Position numbers and translations under genes: made by a program
Virus record (IMG/VR): IMGVR_UViG_3300005002_000001
Length of the DNA stretch: 64,000 bases
Reading direction: 5' to 3' (one strand)
Source of the DNA: a virus
The notes under the pieces: model-generated
Databases searched by the model: none
Told to the model about the DNA's origin: nothing
What the model saw: only the letters and a program-made list of their open reading frames with translations
Part shown: positions 28,935-37,600 of the stretch, in pieces
Position numbering within the stretch: position 1 is the stretch's first letter
Layout of the letters: the number at the start of each line of letters is the position of its first letter

Positions 28935-29679
28935 TTTGCCCCCGCTTACGTAGCATGTCGCAAGCTCGTTCGTAACTTTCGTGAGTGCCGGCGTCGACCC
29001 ATCCGCATTCGACTCGATATGTTTTTCCGTCCATGCGCTTTACCATAAAGCTATTGACGTCGCTAATTTCGTATTCTCCGCGAGCCGAGATGACTAGCTT
29101 TCGGATGATTCTAAAGACAGCAGGAGTGTACAGATACAGTCCAAGCACGGCATCTCGGCTTGGAGGCTCTGTTGGTTTTTCAATGATATCGATTACTTGA
29201 CCTGCGTCGTTGTATGCGACTACACCAAACCGCTGGGGATCGGGGACTTCTCTAACGAAGAGTCCATACTCATCATCCGATGAAACAAATGATGAGATGT
29301 GTTTGCTGATCGACGATGGATCCTCGAAGATATTATCGCCGAGAATGACAGCGAACTTGTCGTGACCGACAAAATCTTCGCACATTCCTAGCGCTGCAGC
29401 GATGCCATTGGCTTTGTCCTGGACTCTGTATGTCAGTCGACAATTGTAATCTTTTCCCGATCCAAGCAATTGGGCCAACGCTCCAAAGTGCTCAGGTCCG
29501 CTAACAATCATCACATCATCGATGCCGGCGGCGAGCAAAGTGCTCAGCACATGTTCGATTATGGTCTGCCGACCAATCGGAAGAAGCGATTTATTGGTAG
29601 CACGAGTCAACGGGTATAGGCGAGATCCAGTGCCGCCGGCCAAGATGATACCCTTCTTTTTCATTCGTACTTCTTCCAT
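28912..29679 (-). CDS. rmlA: Glucose-1-phosphate thymidylyltransferase (sugar nucleotidyltransferase)
   Basis: KGIILAGGTGSRLYPLTRATNKSLLPI is the canonical G-x-G-T-R-L signature. Confidence 0.8.
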   Translation of the reverse strand: MEEVRMKKKGIILAGGTGSRLYPLTRATNKSLLPIGRQTIIEHVLSTLLAAGIDDVMIVSGPEHFGALAQLLGSGKDYNCRLTYRVQDKANGIAAALGMCEDFVGHDKFAVILGDNIFEDPSSISKHISSFVSSDDEYGLFVREVPDPQRFGVVAYNDAGQVIDIIEKPTEPPSRDAVLGLYLYTPAVFRIIRKLVISARGEYEISDVNSFMVKRMDGKTYRVECGWVDAGTHESYERACDMLRKRGQNEKNDHR

Positions 29680-29871
29680 TTCCCTTTTTCAACAATTTCC
29701 GTATTTTCGAAAAATTTAGAAGATTTCAATAGGCCATGGCTGTATTTTTCTATTACAATCACGTCTCCCCTTCTGAGTCTAAAGAGAAAACGAATCTTAC
29801 TCTTTTTGCGATTGAAATCTCGATCGGGTCCTTCAATTAAGAGTAGGCCATTAAGGTATACTTTTTCATCT

Positions 29872-30627
29872 TTATTCAATAAATCCTCTAGCTCTCAAAA
29901 ATAGAGCTTCATCGCGTTGAAAGCGGGCATCGGGCGTCTGGTAGGTCTCCGGAACATCTTTGATGCTATAGTGATACATGCATCGAGGGAGATAAGCATG
30001 TTTCTTCGACTTGTAAAGAGCCGGTAGATAGATCGCTTGGTCACCCGCGCGTCGAATGTATTCACCGTCTGGACCTCGGAAATTGTCGTCCTTGACACCG
30101 TTCAGCAGATGCTTTCGAAAAGTTTTGAGGTGCGACGATACCCACGGATGACGATAGGGATCAGCCCCGGGTGGCATGGGACCTGAGATGTTTTTGTCGC
30201 TGAAGGACCAGCGATGGTTGGTCCACAGCAGATCGCATCCCGATTCCTTGTAAGCGGAATCGATGATAGTCAAAGCATCCAGATCGGTGAGCCAATCGTC
30301 GGCGTCGATTCGACAGATGATGTCATCGTCTTTGCAATCTTTCATGCCCCAAAGAACATTGGCGACTTCCCATCGCTTTTCGGAATTCCAATGGCAGTTG
30401 ATCTTCCTTTCGACGTCTCCCATGACAAGTTCGCTAGGATCTCCGATCAAAGCACCGAATGATCTCAAAATGCTGCTGCACTTGCCTCGTTCGGCTTCCG
30501 AAGAGCAGTCATCGATCAGATTGATCTTCCAATTATCGTACGACTGTCCGCAAATCGAATGTAAAAATCGTGGCAACGTGGCCGACATGTTAAACATCGG
30601 CGCTACGAAAACGAATCTGTTGCTCAT
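29872..30627 (-). CDS. Glycosyltransferase family 2 (GT-A)
   Basis: VFVAPMFNMSATLPRFLHSICGQSYDNWKINLIDDCSS: N-terminal GT2 region with a DxD motif. Confidence 0.5.
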   Translation of the reverse strand: MSNRFVFVAPMFNMSATLPRFLHSICGQSYDNWKINLIDDCSSEAERGKCSSILRSFGALIGDPSELVMGDVERKINCHWNSEKRWEVANVLWGMKDCKDDDIICRIDADDWLTDLDALTIIDSAYKESGCDLLWTNHRWSFSDKNISGPMPPGADPYRHPWVSSHLKTFRKHLLNGVKDDNFRGPDGEYIRRAGDQAIYLPALYKSKKHAYLPRCMYHYSIKDVPETYQTPDARFQRDEALFLRARGFIE

Positions 30628-31694
30628 CCCACCCTCAGAGTCTGGCCCGATTGGGCCGATTGACGAATCGCCATTAGTAGCCGAAAATCATTCCAGCCCT
30701 GTTGAGCATCATAGATCAGCGGCGATCCCATTTTTACGTGATCTTTGAAGTTGGACAGCAGATACTCGATAGCTTCTTGATGATCTCCCAATTTGGGGTA
30801 AGACGCCTGCCAAACAACTTTTCTGCCTCGTTCAGGCAATTCTGCTTCTATCTTCACTGTCTTTCCCTCGATCGAATCTTCAAGCGGAATTCTTTCGATA
30901 TCGACAGGAGGGTTGAACGTACTTCCCCCGGCTTTCAAAATGTAGAGCGAAAAATCATTGTCATCATTTGAGATGGTTCCCTTTTCGCAGTAGATTCTCA
31001 ATGATCTTGGCCGCCGGAATCGGCATCGATTACCGATGGAGCTGAAGTTATAGACGGCGGTCTGACCCGATTCGAATTTTATCGTTCCGAAGTCCCAATT
31101 TTCGACGTGATGTTGCAAGTTGAAATTACCATCGAGATAGGGAGGAACTTGCATCGAATGAGACGTGCCTTGAATGGTGATTGGTCGCTTCGAAAATCCG
31201 ATGTAACGTCGTAGTTGAGCCAAGCCGTGATATTCAAAAGTCCGACAATCATTCATTACAACGTGCGGAGGACCAAGAAATTCGTATGCATTTTCAAGCA
31301 GCTTCATTTTGAACTGCTCGCTCGGCAAGAATGCTGTCTGTTCAGCGACTGCTACTGATACGCCCTTATGACGAGCGTACTCGGGCACCGCTTTGCTCCA
31401 AATGGGAGTTTCTACGAAGATAGGTTTGCCGAAATTGATGAGACTAAGAGTGACCTGCTCGATGGCTCCGGAGTTGACAACAACTACAAGAGCGTCCGAC
31501 TGTTCGGCTAGATCTTTCTCATTTGAGAAGTGCTTGAATCCGAATTTGTCGACGACCATCTTAGCTTTGTCTGGATTTCGATTCCAGAAACCGACGACCT
31601 CGTACTTGTCCTTCAGATAATCGAAGATGGGGGCGTAGTAATCTTGCATGCGTCTTCCAGCGCCCCAAATGCCGATTTTGAGCTTGTCATTCAT
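30624..31694 (-). CDS. Gfo/Idh/MocA-family NAD(P)-dependent oxidoreductase (sugar dehydrogenase)
   Basis: N-terminal KIGIWGAGRRMQDYYAPIF...EVVGFWNRNPDKAK is the Rossmann/GFO_IDH_MocA pattern. Confidence 0.6.
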   Translation of the reverse strand: MNDKLKIGIWGAGRRMQDYYAPIFDYLKDKYEVVGFWNRNPDKAKMVVDKFGFKHFSNEKDLAEQSDALVVVVNSGAIEQVTLSLINFGKPIFVETPIWSKAVPEYARHKGVSVAVAEQTAFLPSEQFKMKLLENAYEFLGPPHVVMNDCRTFEYHGLAQLRRYIGFSKRPITIQGTSHSMQVPPYLDGNFNLQHHVENWDFGTIKFESGQTAVYNFSSIGNRCRFRRPRSLRIYCEKGTISNDDNDFSLYILKAGGSTFNPPVDIERIPLEDSIEGKTVKIEAELPERGRKVVWQASYPKLGDHQEAIEYLLSNFKDHVKMGSPLIYDAQQGWNDFRLLMAIRQSAQSGQTLRVG

Positions 31695-32407
31695 AACGGA
31701 TAGGCCTTGTCTTCGAAGATCTTCTTCAAACGATCGTGATTTTCTTTGCCTTTGAATCGTCTGTCATATTGCTGAGGATCGACAAACGAATACATGACAC
31801 GAATGGATCCTTTAGGATTGACATCCGGAATGACGCCGTGTAGCAACGACGTATCAAAAAGCAAGGCATGATCATTTGATGTGCCCAGGGCATTCGTCTC
31901 ATATTTTCGAATGAGCATCTCATCAAACTTTTGATCATTGATCATGGTCCGATGGGATCCCAAGATGTATTTGAGGCGCGGTTCGTGACCCTCAAATTCG
32001 GGATAGAAGATTATCTTATGCGCCGGCGGCATTGCTCCGACGACAGGATTGTCTCCAAATTGGTAGGTGTCACGATGCCAGTCCTGGTATGATCGACCCG
32101 GATCGGTCTTTACGACTTGGATGTGAGCTAGCGTCAGATTTCTGCATGTAATCTGGTCTAGCAAGTAAGGTAGATTGCCATCGACGACAAGATCTATAAA
32201 AGCCTCGTCATAATCGTAAACAGTCGGACGAAGAGTGTAAGAATTGAGACTTTGTTCCCAACTAAATCCTTCTTTGATCTTGCCTTGCCACAGATCCTTG
32301 AGGATCGGCAAAACCCTAGAAGAATTGACAGGTATGAACGTCAGACCCTCGATGTAGTATCGCTCGGAGTCTGTCAAGTTCGAGCGATCGAATTCGACAA
32401 GTTTCAT
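31691..32407 (-). CDS. Phytanoyl-CoA dioxygenase-like 2OG-Fe(II) oxygenase
   Basis: WHRD (H-x-D) and a distal His (GSHRT), in a PhyH-like arrangement. Confidence 0.4.
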   Translation of the reverse strand: MKLVEFDRSNLTDSERYYIEGLTFIPVNSSRVLPILKDLWQGKIKEGFSWEQSLNSYTLRPTVYDYDEAFIDLVVDGNLPYLLDQITCRNLTLAHIQVVKTDPGRSYQDWHRDTYQFGDNPVVGAMPPAHKIIFYPEFEGHEPRLKYILGSHRTMINDQKFDEMLIRKYETNALGTSNDHALLFDTSLLHGVIPDVNPKGSIRVMYSFVDPQQYDRRFKGKENHDRLKKIFEDKAYPL

Positions 32408-33289
32408 TTACCACTCCCAGAGTTCGGATTTCTTTTCGAACTGCTTTCGAGTTTCGAGAGCTGTCTTGATGCCTTCGGCATTGGTCAGTAGGACCTGCCC
32501 GTACTGGATCTCTTCGTCTTTCATCTGACGATCGTCCAAAAACATGCGGCGGTCGAGGACGATAAGCTCCTTCGTCGGATCTTCGATCTTGTCGATGACC
32601 TTCGAACACTGGATATTCTCGTCGGAAGTATCCGGGTTGTAATCATCGAAAAGCAAGAAACAATTCCAGCGGTCCTTGCAGAGGTCCCAGTCGGTTTGCA
32701 CGGCCTCGGCCCGATGATCGCCGTCGATGTAGACTAGATCAAACTTTTCGGGAGGCATTTGAGTGAGCGCCGCTTGCGACGTTCCCTTGACGAACTTGAT
32801 CAGGTTGAGCCACTCGGGCGGGAAGATTTGGGCGATCATCCGCAGATGTTCCTCGTTGAAAACGGGATCGATAGTCGTCACTGCTCCCGGTTCAGTAACA
32901 CCCATTTCGCTCAGCGCCCGAGCGGCACAAACGGCAGCGTAGCCGCGGCCAAAACCGATCTCGAGGAAATTTTTGAGATTGTGTTGCTTGATGAGGTAAT
33001 GAATCAAGATACCACGCTCGTAGTTGGGCCTGAAGAAAGCGCCGGCTTTGTTCCAAAGCTCGCTGTTCTTGTCTCGATTTTTCTTGGCGGTGAATTCACC
33101 GATCCAATCGAAATCGCCCAAAGCGACGCTAGCCGGGTCGACGTCCATCGCTCGAAGCTTGTCCTGGATCATAATTCTCTTCATCTTGCAATCCTTCTTC
33201 AAAATCCGTCGTTGTTTTCTTCCCGATAGAGGATGACAGGTTCGCCCTTCATTAGGACTTTCTTCTTCCATTCGGGATGCTTTTCGCAA
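32408..33289 (-). CDS. Class I SAM-dependent methyltransferase (TylF/CmcI-like sugar O-methyltransferase)
   Basis: Motif I FLEIGFGRGYAA. Characteristic FDLVYIDGDHRAEAV. Confidence 0.6.
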   Translation of the reverse strand: MRKASRMEEESPNEGRTCHPLSGRKQRRILKKDCKMKRIMIQDKLRAMDVDPASVALGDFDWIGEFTAKKNRDKNSELWNKAGAFFRPNYERGILIHYLIKQHNLKNFLEIGFGRGYAAVCAARALSEMGVTEPGAVTTIDPVFNEEHLRMIAQIFPPEWLNLIKFVKGTSQAALTQMPPEKFDLVYIDGDHRAEAVQTDWDLCKDRWNCFLLFDDYNPDTSDENIQCSKVIDKIEDPTKELIVLDRRMFLDDRQMKDEEIQYGQVLLTNAEGIKTALETRKQFEKKSELWEW

Positions 33290-33801
33290 AATTCATCCAC
33301 CGCGGCAGCGACGCCATGCTTCTCGGTCTCGACAGGCTTGGTGGCATCCTTGACTTCTGAGTAATCCTCCCGAGTCGAATAAAACAGATCCTTGTCGGCC
33401 CATCGTCCGTGATAATCGTCGATGATTATAATCGAATCCCTGAGCACATTGTTAGTCGTCAGCAGCTCGAGTTCTTTGGAGACGGTGTAGTAATTGTGAT
33501 CGCCGTCCAAAAAGATGAGCTGGTACTTCGAATCATTGGCCGGCAAGAAATCGAGGCTGTTGCCTTGAATCAGATTGAGTCGCTGGTTTTCGTTGAGACC
33601 GAAGTACGTCGCGATGACCTTGACTTCGTCTCGAATCAGGACGTCGACAGCATCGTGAATGAATCGTTTTTTCATCATCATGAGGTGATGAATGATGGGA
33701 AAGGTAGTCTGGCCCCGATCGACGCCGATCTCGAGGATCTTCGGACTTTCGAAGAGACTCAAAAATTCGACGGCAAAAGGGATATATCCGTGATGAGCCA
33801 T
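33199..33801 (-). CDS. Class I SAM-dependent methyltransferase (TylF/MycF-like sugar O-methyltransferase)
   Basis: ILEIGVDRGQT and QLIFLDGDHNYYTV. A paralog of the preceding gene. The start ATG at 33801 overlaps the upstream TGA as TGATG (the track ORF begins at an upstream GTG, 33804). Confidence 0.6.
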   Translation of the reverse strand: MAHHGYIPFAVEFLSLFESPKILEIGVDRGQTTFPIIHHLMMMKKRFIHDAVDVLIRDEVKVIATYFGLNENQRLNLIQGNSLDFLPANDSKYQLIFLDGDHNYYTVSKELELLTTNNVLRDSIIIIDDYHGRWADKDLFYSTREDYSEVKDATKPVETEKHGVAAAVDEFCEKHPEWKKKVLMKGEPVILYREENNDGF

Positions 33802-35744
33802 CACTTATCTCCCTTCTTGACGCCGCTACACCAACCTTGCATGCATGCCGGTTGCGGCTTCGATGCTCTGATCCAAGGGGTAGGCTTCGAAAAGTCGATT
33901 CGATTGTGGAAAATCCACCCACCCATTCGATCCTTCATCTTGATCGCTAGCTCCTTGATTTCGTCATCAGTGACTTGAGACCAGGGCTTGTCAAAGAATT
34001 TGTTGTTGGCGGCCGTATCTTCCTGAGAATGATTGTACAGAGACGTCCAGTGCTTAGACCAGAAGTTCTTGTAAGTGTGAATCTTGCGCTCCAAATCATA
34101 CCACGAATAGTGGTAGACGCCCGGCACGTTGACACACACCTGATTGAACCATTGGATGTACGCCTCGAGCGCCTGTGGGTTACCCTGCAGCGCTGCCTGA
34201 CGAGCTCCTTCGACTTCCTGCTGGTAAAAAGTGGCGAAAGGAACCCTCTCTAGGGTGTCTTTGTAGATGTAATCATCGCCATCCGAACCAGCGGAATACA
34301 TCGTACCGTCGGTATCGATCTTGCGTTGGTCTTTGGGCAACCCGTGCGTGATGCGTGGATTATTACGACTCAACCTCCATTTCCACGGATTGACGTCGAC
34401 TCGAATCTTGGTCTCGTCTCCCCAGTATTCGATGACGGGCAGAGCGAGGAGATCAGCTTCCTTCGGGAAGGCCGCGACGACCTGCTTGATCTTTTCGTAA
34501 TCAGATTCGTGCACGACCTCGTCGATGTCGACCTGCCACAGGAAATCTCCCGTGCAGCGTTCGCGCGCGACGGCCTTCTGCTGTCCATTGAAGAGAGCGA
34601 AGCGCTTGTCGTTCCAATCCCTAACGTGTTGGAAGGGTTTGATACGCGGATCGAGCTTTTGCAGCTCTTGCAGACGCTCCCAAGTCCCGTCCGTCGAGCC
34701 GCCGTCGACGATGACGACCTCGTCGCAGAATCCCAAAAGAGATCCGATGGACTCTTCCCAGGGATAGTTCTGCTCGATGCAATTGCGAGTTTGCGTGTAA
34801 CCTGAGATAGTCGTCTTGTGGTCGGCTAGCTCGCGGACAGCGTCCCAGAATCGACCCGGAGAATTCTCGAGGTAATTCGAAATGGTTTCAGGTTCGTCGG
34901 ATGCAAACCAATTTTCTGAGGCATGCTGGACATGCGAATTGAGGTGTAGCTTGCATCCCAGAAGTTTGGCTTCGATTACCATCCGCGGACACGTATCTCC
35001 GCCGCGGGGGAGGTAAGCAAATCCTTCGGCCTGAGCGATTCTTTCGAGAGCTTGATCGTATGGCACGTTCCAAAGAACGTCTACCGGATAGTTCTGCTCT
35101 TGGGCCCACTTTTGGGCGTCTTCGAAACCCTTGATCCAGGAATTCGAGCCTAGGACGATCCACTTGTCGGATTTCTTGCCCTGGTTTTTCTTCCGAAGAT
35201 CGGCCATGGCTGACAGGTGCTTCTTCGAAAAGACTGAAGATAGCACGGTGCTTTTGACCGATCTTAGATCGGGAAAGCGCTCGTAATACCGTTCGGCTTG
35301 CTGTTGCGACATCCAGAAGATGCTCTTGGCTCTCGAAAAGAATGTCGAGATGAGCTTACCACCCGGTTGCTTATCACAATCGCAGGGCTTACCTTCGGTG
35401 TCCTGATGCTTTTCGATAGAGCGATGCTTGCAGAATTTGTAGTCGTACTCGACGATCGAGTAATTCGTTCGCTGAGCTATTAGCGTCAGCAGGCTAGGAT
35501 CGACCTGAGAGATATTGCCGAAGATCCAGTACTTGCCTAAATTGGCCGCCACTGTTTCGGCGGACAGTTCAGCCGATCTAATGCGATGCAGCTTGAAGGG
35601 TGACGTCTCGAGGAGAGCTTCTGTCGTAAGCTCAGCTCCTCCCTCGTAGTCGCTAGCGAACATGTCCGAAACGAAGATGATCTTGGCGTCAGGCGGCAGC
35701 GATTGGTTGGGCCTGATGAATACTCGTTTGGTAAAGTCCAGCAT
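33801..35744 (-). CDS. Large multi-domain glycosyltransferase (contains a GT2 domain)
   Basis: 647 aa. FCDEVVIVDGGSTDGTWERL is the GT2 DxD-type signature in the C-terminal half. The N-terminal half is a separate alpha/beta domain. Confidence 0.55.
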   Translation of the reverse strand: MLDFTKRVFIRPNQSLPPDAKIIFVSDMFASDYEGGAELTTEALLETSPFKLHRIRSAELSAETVAANLGKYWIFGNISQVDPSLLTLIAQRTNYSIVEYDYKFCKHRSIEKHQDTEGKPCDCDKQPGGKLISTFFSRAKSIFWMSQQQAERYYERFPDLRSVKSTVLSSVFSKKHLSAMADLRKKNQGKKSDKWIVLGSNSWIKGFEDAQKWAQEQNYPVDVLWNVPYDQALERIAQAEGFAYLPRGGDTCPRMVIEAKLLGCKLHLNSHVQHASENWFASDEPETISNYLENSPGRFWDAVRELADHKTTISGYTQTRNCIEQNYPWEESIGSLLGFCDEVVIVDGGSTDGTWERLQELQKLDPRIKPFQHVRDWNDKRFALFNGQQKAVARERCTGDFLWQVDIDEVVHESDYEKIKQVVAAFPKEADLLALPVIEYWGDETKIRVDVNPWKWRLSRNNPRITHGLPKDQRKIDTDGTMYSAGSDGDDYIYKDTLERVPFATFYQQEVEGARQAALQGNPQALEAYIQWFNQVCVNVPGVYHYSWYDLERKIHTYKNFWSKHWTSLYNHSQEDTAANNKFFDKPWSQVTDDEIKELAIKMKDRMGGWIFHNRIDFSKPTPWIRASKPQPACMQGWCSGVKKGDK

Positions 35745-35821
35745 GGGTCCATTGTAGCTCCTTGCGACCCATTGTTTAGAATGTCTGACGATGTCGTGCA
35801 GTTTGTCACGTCGACGCTCTT

Positions 35822-35921
35822 AACTTAAGCTTTAATTAAACAATCCCTCTGCGCACCAATATTCTTTAATTAACTCTTAAGTATTAAGCGGTTGGTCCCC
35901 AGTTCCCTTAAGCTTAAAACG
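35822..35921. promoter_or_regulatory. Divergent intergenic region with an imperfect 19-nt inverted repeat (ACTTAAGCTTTAATTAAAC / ACTTAAGAGTTAATTAAAG) and a third CTTAAGCTT copy
   Basis: Seen directly: arms at about 35823-35841 and 35864-35882 (16/19 match), separated by 22 nt. A third CCCTTAAGCTTAAAAC copy lies at about 35905-35920. The region sits between the start of the minus-strand block (35744) and the first plus-strand gene (35964). Confidence 0.4.
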
Positions 35922-35963
35922 CGTACGCGCGAGCACGCTCCCGAACGACGCATACTTAGAAAG

Positions 35964-36455
35964 ATGAAGGACGACGCGGCTTTGAAGGCTGTCATCGATA
36001 GTCTCGAGCGTACCCTGAGTCACATCCAAGAAAAGCTTAAGTCGGCCCATGTGCTCAACGGTGGGTTCGATCGGCTGATGGAAAAAGTCGATTCGATTGA
36101 GGATACGCAAGAAAAAATCTTGGGTGAGCTCAATACGGTCAAAGCTACGATCTACGATCCCGATACAGGCATTTACTCCCGTATCAAAGCTGTCGACGAT
36201 CGTGGAGACGAACGCGGCCACACCATCGACAAGACTATCTCTGATATCAAAGTGTCACAGGATAAGATCGCCGAAACGACCAAAGACCACGCGTCCGAAG
36301 TTCAGAAAGTGAAGGATCTCGAAAAGAAAGTCGAGGACCTCACCAAGTGGAAAGCTAACGCTAACAAGATCATCTGGGCCATTGTCGTTCCCATCGTAAC
36401 GACCTTCGGCAAGATCATCTACGATTTTCTGGCGGCGCATGTACAATTGAAGTAG
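35964..36455 (+). CDS. Hypothetical coiled-coil protein with a C-terminal transmembrane helix
   Basis: The track ORF (35892..36455) starts at TTG. I used the internal ATG at 35964 (MKDDAALKAV). C-terminal IIWAIVVPIVTTFGKIIYDFL. Ends with TAG; the next in-frame stop (TGA) is 9 codons downstream. Confidence 0.4.
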   Translation: MKDDAALKAVIDSLERTLSHIQEKLKSAHVLNGGFDRLMEKVDSIEDTQEKILGELNTVKATIYDPDTGIYSRIKAVDDRGDERGHTIDKTISDIKVSQDKIAETTKDHASEVQKVKDLEKKVEDLTKWKANANKIIWAIVVPIVTTFGKIIYDFLAAHVQLK

Positions 36456-36460
36456 TTTCG

Positions 36461-37600
36461 ATGTACAGTTGGAGGATGAAAGCCCTCCAGGCGTTCGTCA
36501 AAGCATCGGGAACTCGCACTGTATTGGGATCCGATTCGAAGGTCATATCCGACGATCTCCAAAAGTTTCGTCACTTTCGTTCGTTGGTAGAACCTGTCGA
36601 AAGGTCTAAGTACGACAGCCTAGTGTTGCATTGGTACGTAGCCGAAAATACGGCTCCCGATGCTGGTGACCTCTTTTGTCACATGCTTTCAGGCAAGAAG
36701 ATCGACTGTCTGAATTCGAGCAAGATTAGGCGCTCAGAGCTTAAGGGACTACTTCCCGACAGTCTAGATCTTGAGATGCTGATGACGTGCTACGACTTGA
36801 TAGGCGTAGAGGGATCCATCGAAGTAAATTCAGGAAAAGATGATCGCGTCGATGTGCATGACAGCTATCGTTTTGAATTGACGTCGGCCATCGAAGTGAA
36901 GCCCTGGATCAGATCGTCCGCCAAAGTCATGCTAGTCGATGGCTACATCGAACAGGTCTCAGAGATCCATCACATCTTGCAAAAATGCAGCGAAAGCAAA
37001 GTGCCGCTGCTGATCTTTGCAAGAGGATATTCGGCCGATGTATTGCACACCATCAGCGTCAACGTGATGCGGCAGACGATTGACATTTTGCCTTTTACGA
37101 TCAAACTCGATCTGGGTCAAGTCAATGACTTCTACGATCTGAGCATCCTGACGGGAGCGCAGGTCATTTCTAGCGAAAAGGGACAGCTTATATCGTCATC
37201 AAAATTCGAAGAGATGCCGTCAGTGACATATGTCAGGTATTCTCCGTACGAAAAGATGCTCATCATGCGGAATGATTCGACAAGGCCGCAAGTTTTGCAA
37301 CATTTACGCAAGCTTAGGGAAAAGCTCGAGTCGACCGATGCTTACAATCTTAGTGAGTTGACGGGCCGAATTCGTAAGATGACTAGCCTCGTCTGCATGG
37401 TATCTTTGAAAGATGATATGTCGTTTCAAATCAGACGAGACGCTTTCAAACGATCCAGTCGTCTAATCGATCACTATTCGAGATACGGTCTCGCTCACAC
37501 GTCAGTCGGTGATTATCCGAAATCTTCTTATGATATAGCGTCGCGGCATGCGTCTGACGCTCTAGAGAAGTTGGAGTCGACCGTCACTTTGCATTTTTAG
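36461..37600 (+). CDS. GroEL/Cpn60-like protein, truncated; intermediate and apical domains only, no equatorial ATPase motifs
   Basis: Alignment to E. coli GroEL residues ~165-440. [40 protein letters not shown] aligns to [89 protein letters not shown] aligns to [63 protein letters not shown] aligns to [34 protein letters not shown] aligns to LQERVAKLAGGVAVIKVGA. No GDGTTT and no C-terminal equatorial half. Ends TAG followed by TGA. Confidence 0.55.
   Translation: [379 protein letters not shown]

Noticed and set aside
29661-29879. 72-aa ORF between rmlA and the GT2 gene, as a possible remnant of the missing RmlC epimerase
   Set aside because: No cupin or RmlC signature could be recognised by eye. 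It may be a real small gene or non-coding spacer, so it was left uncalled.
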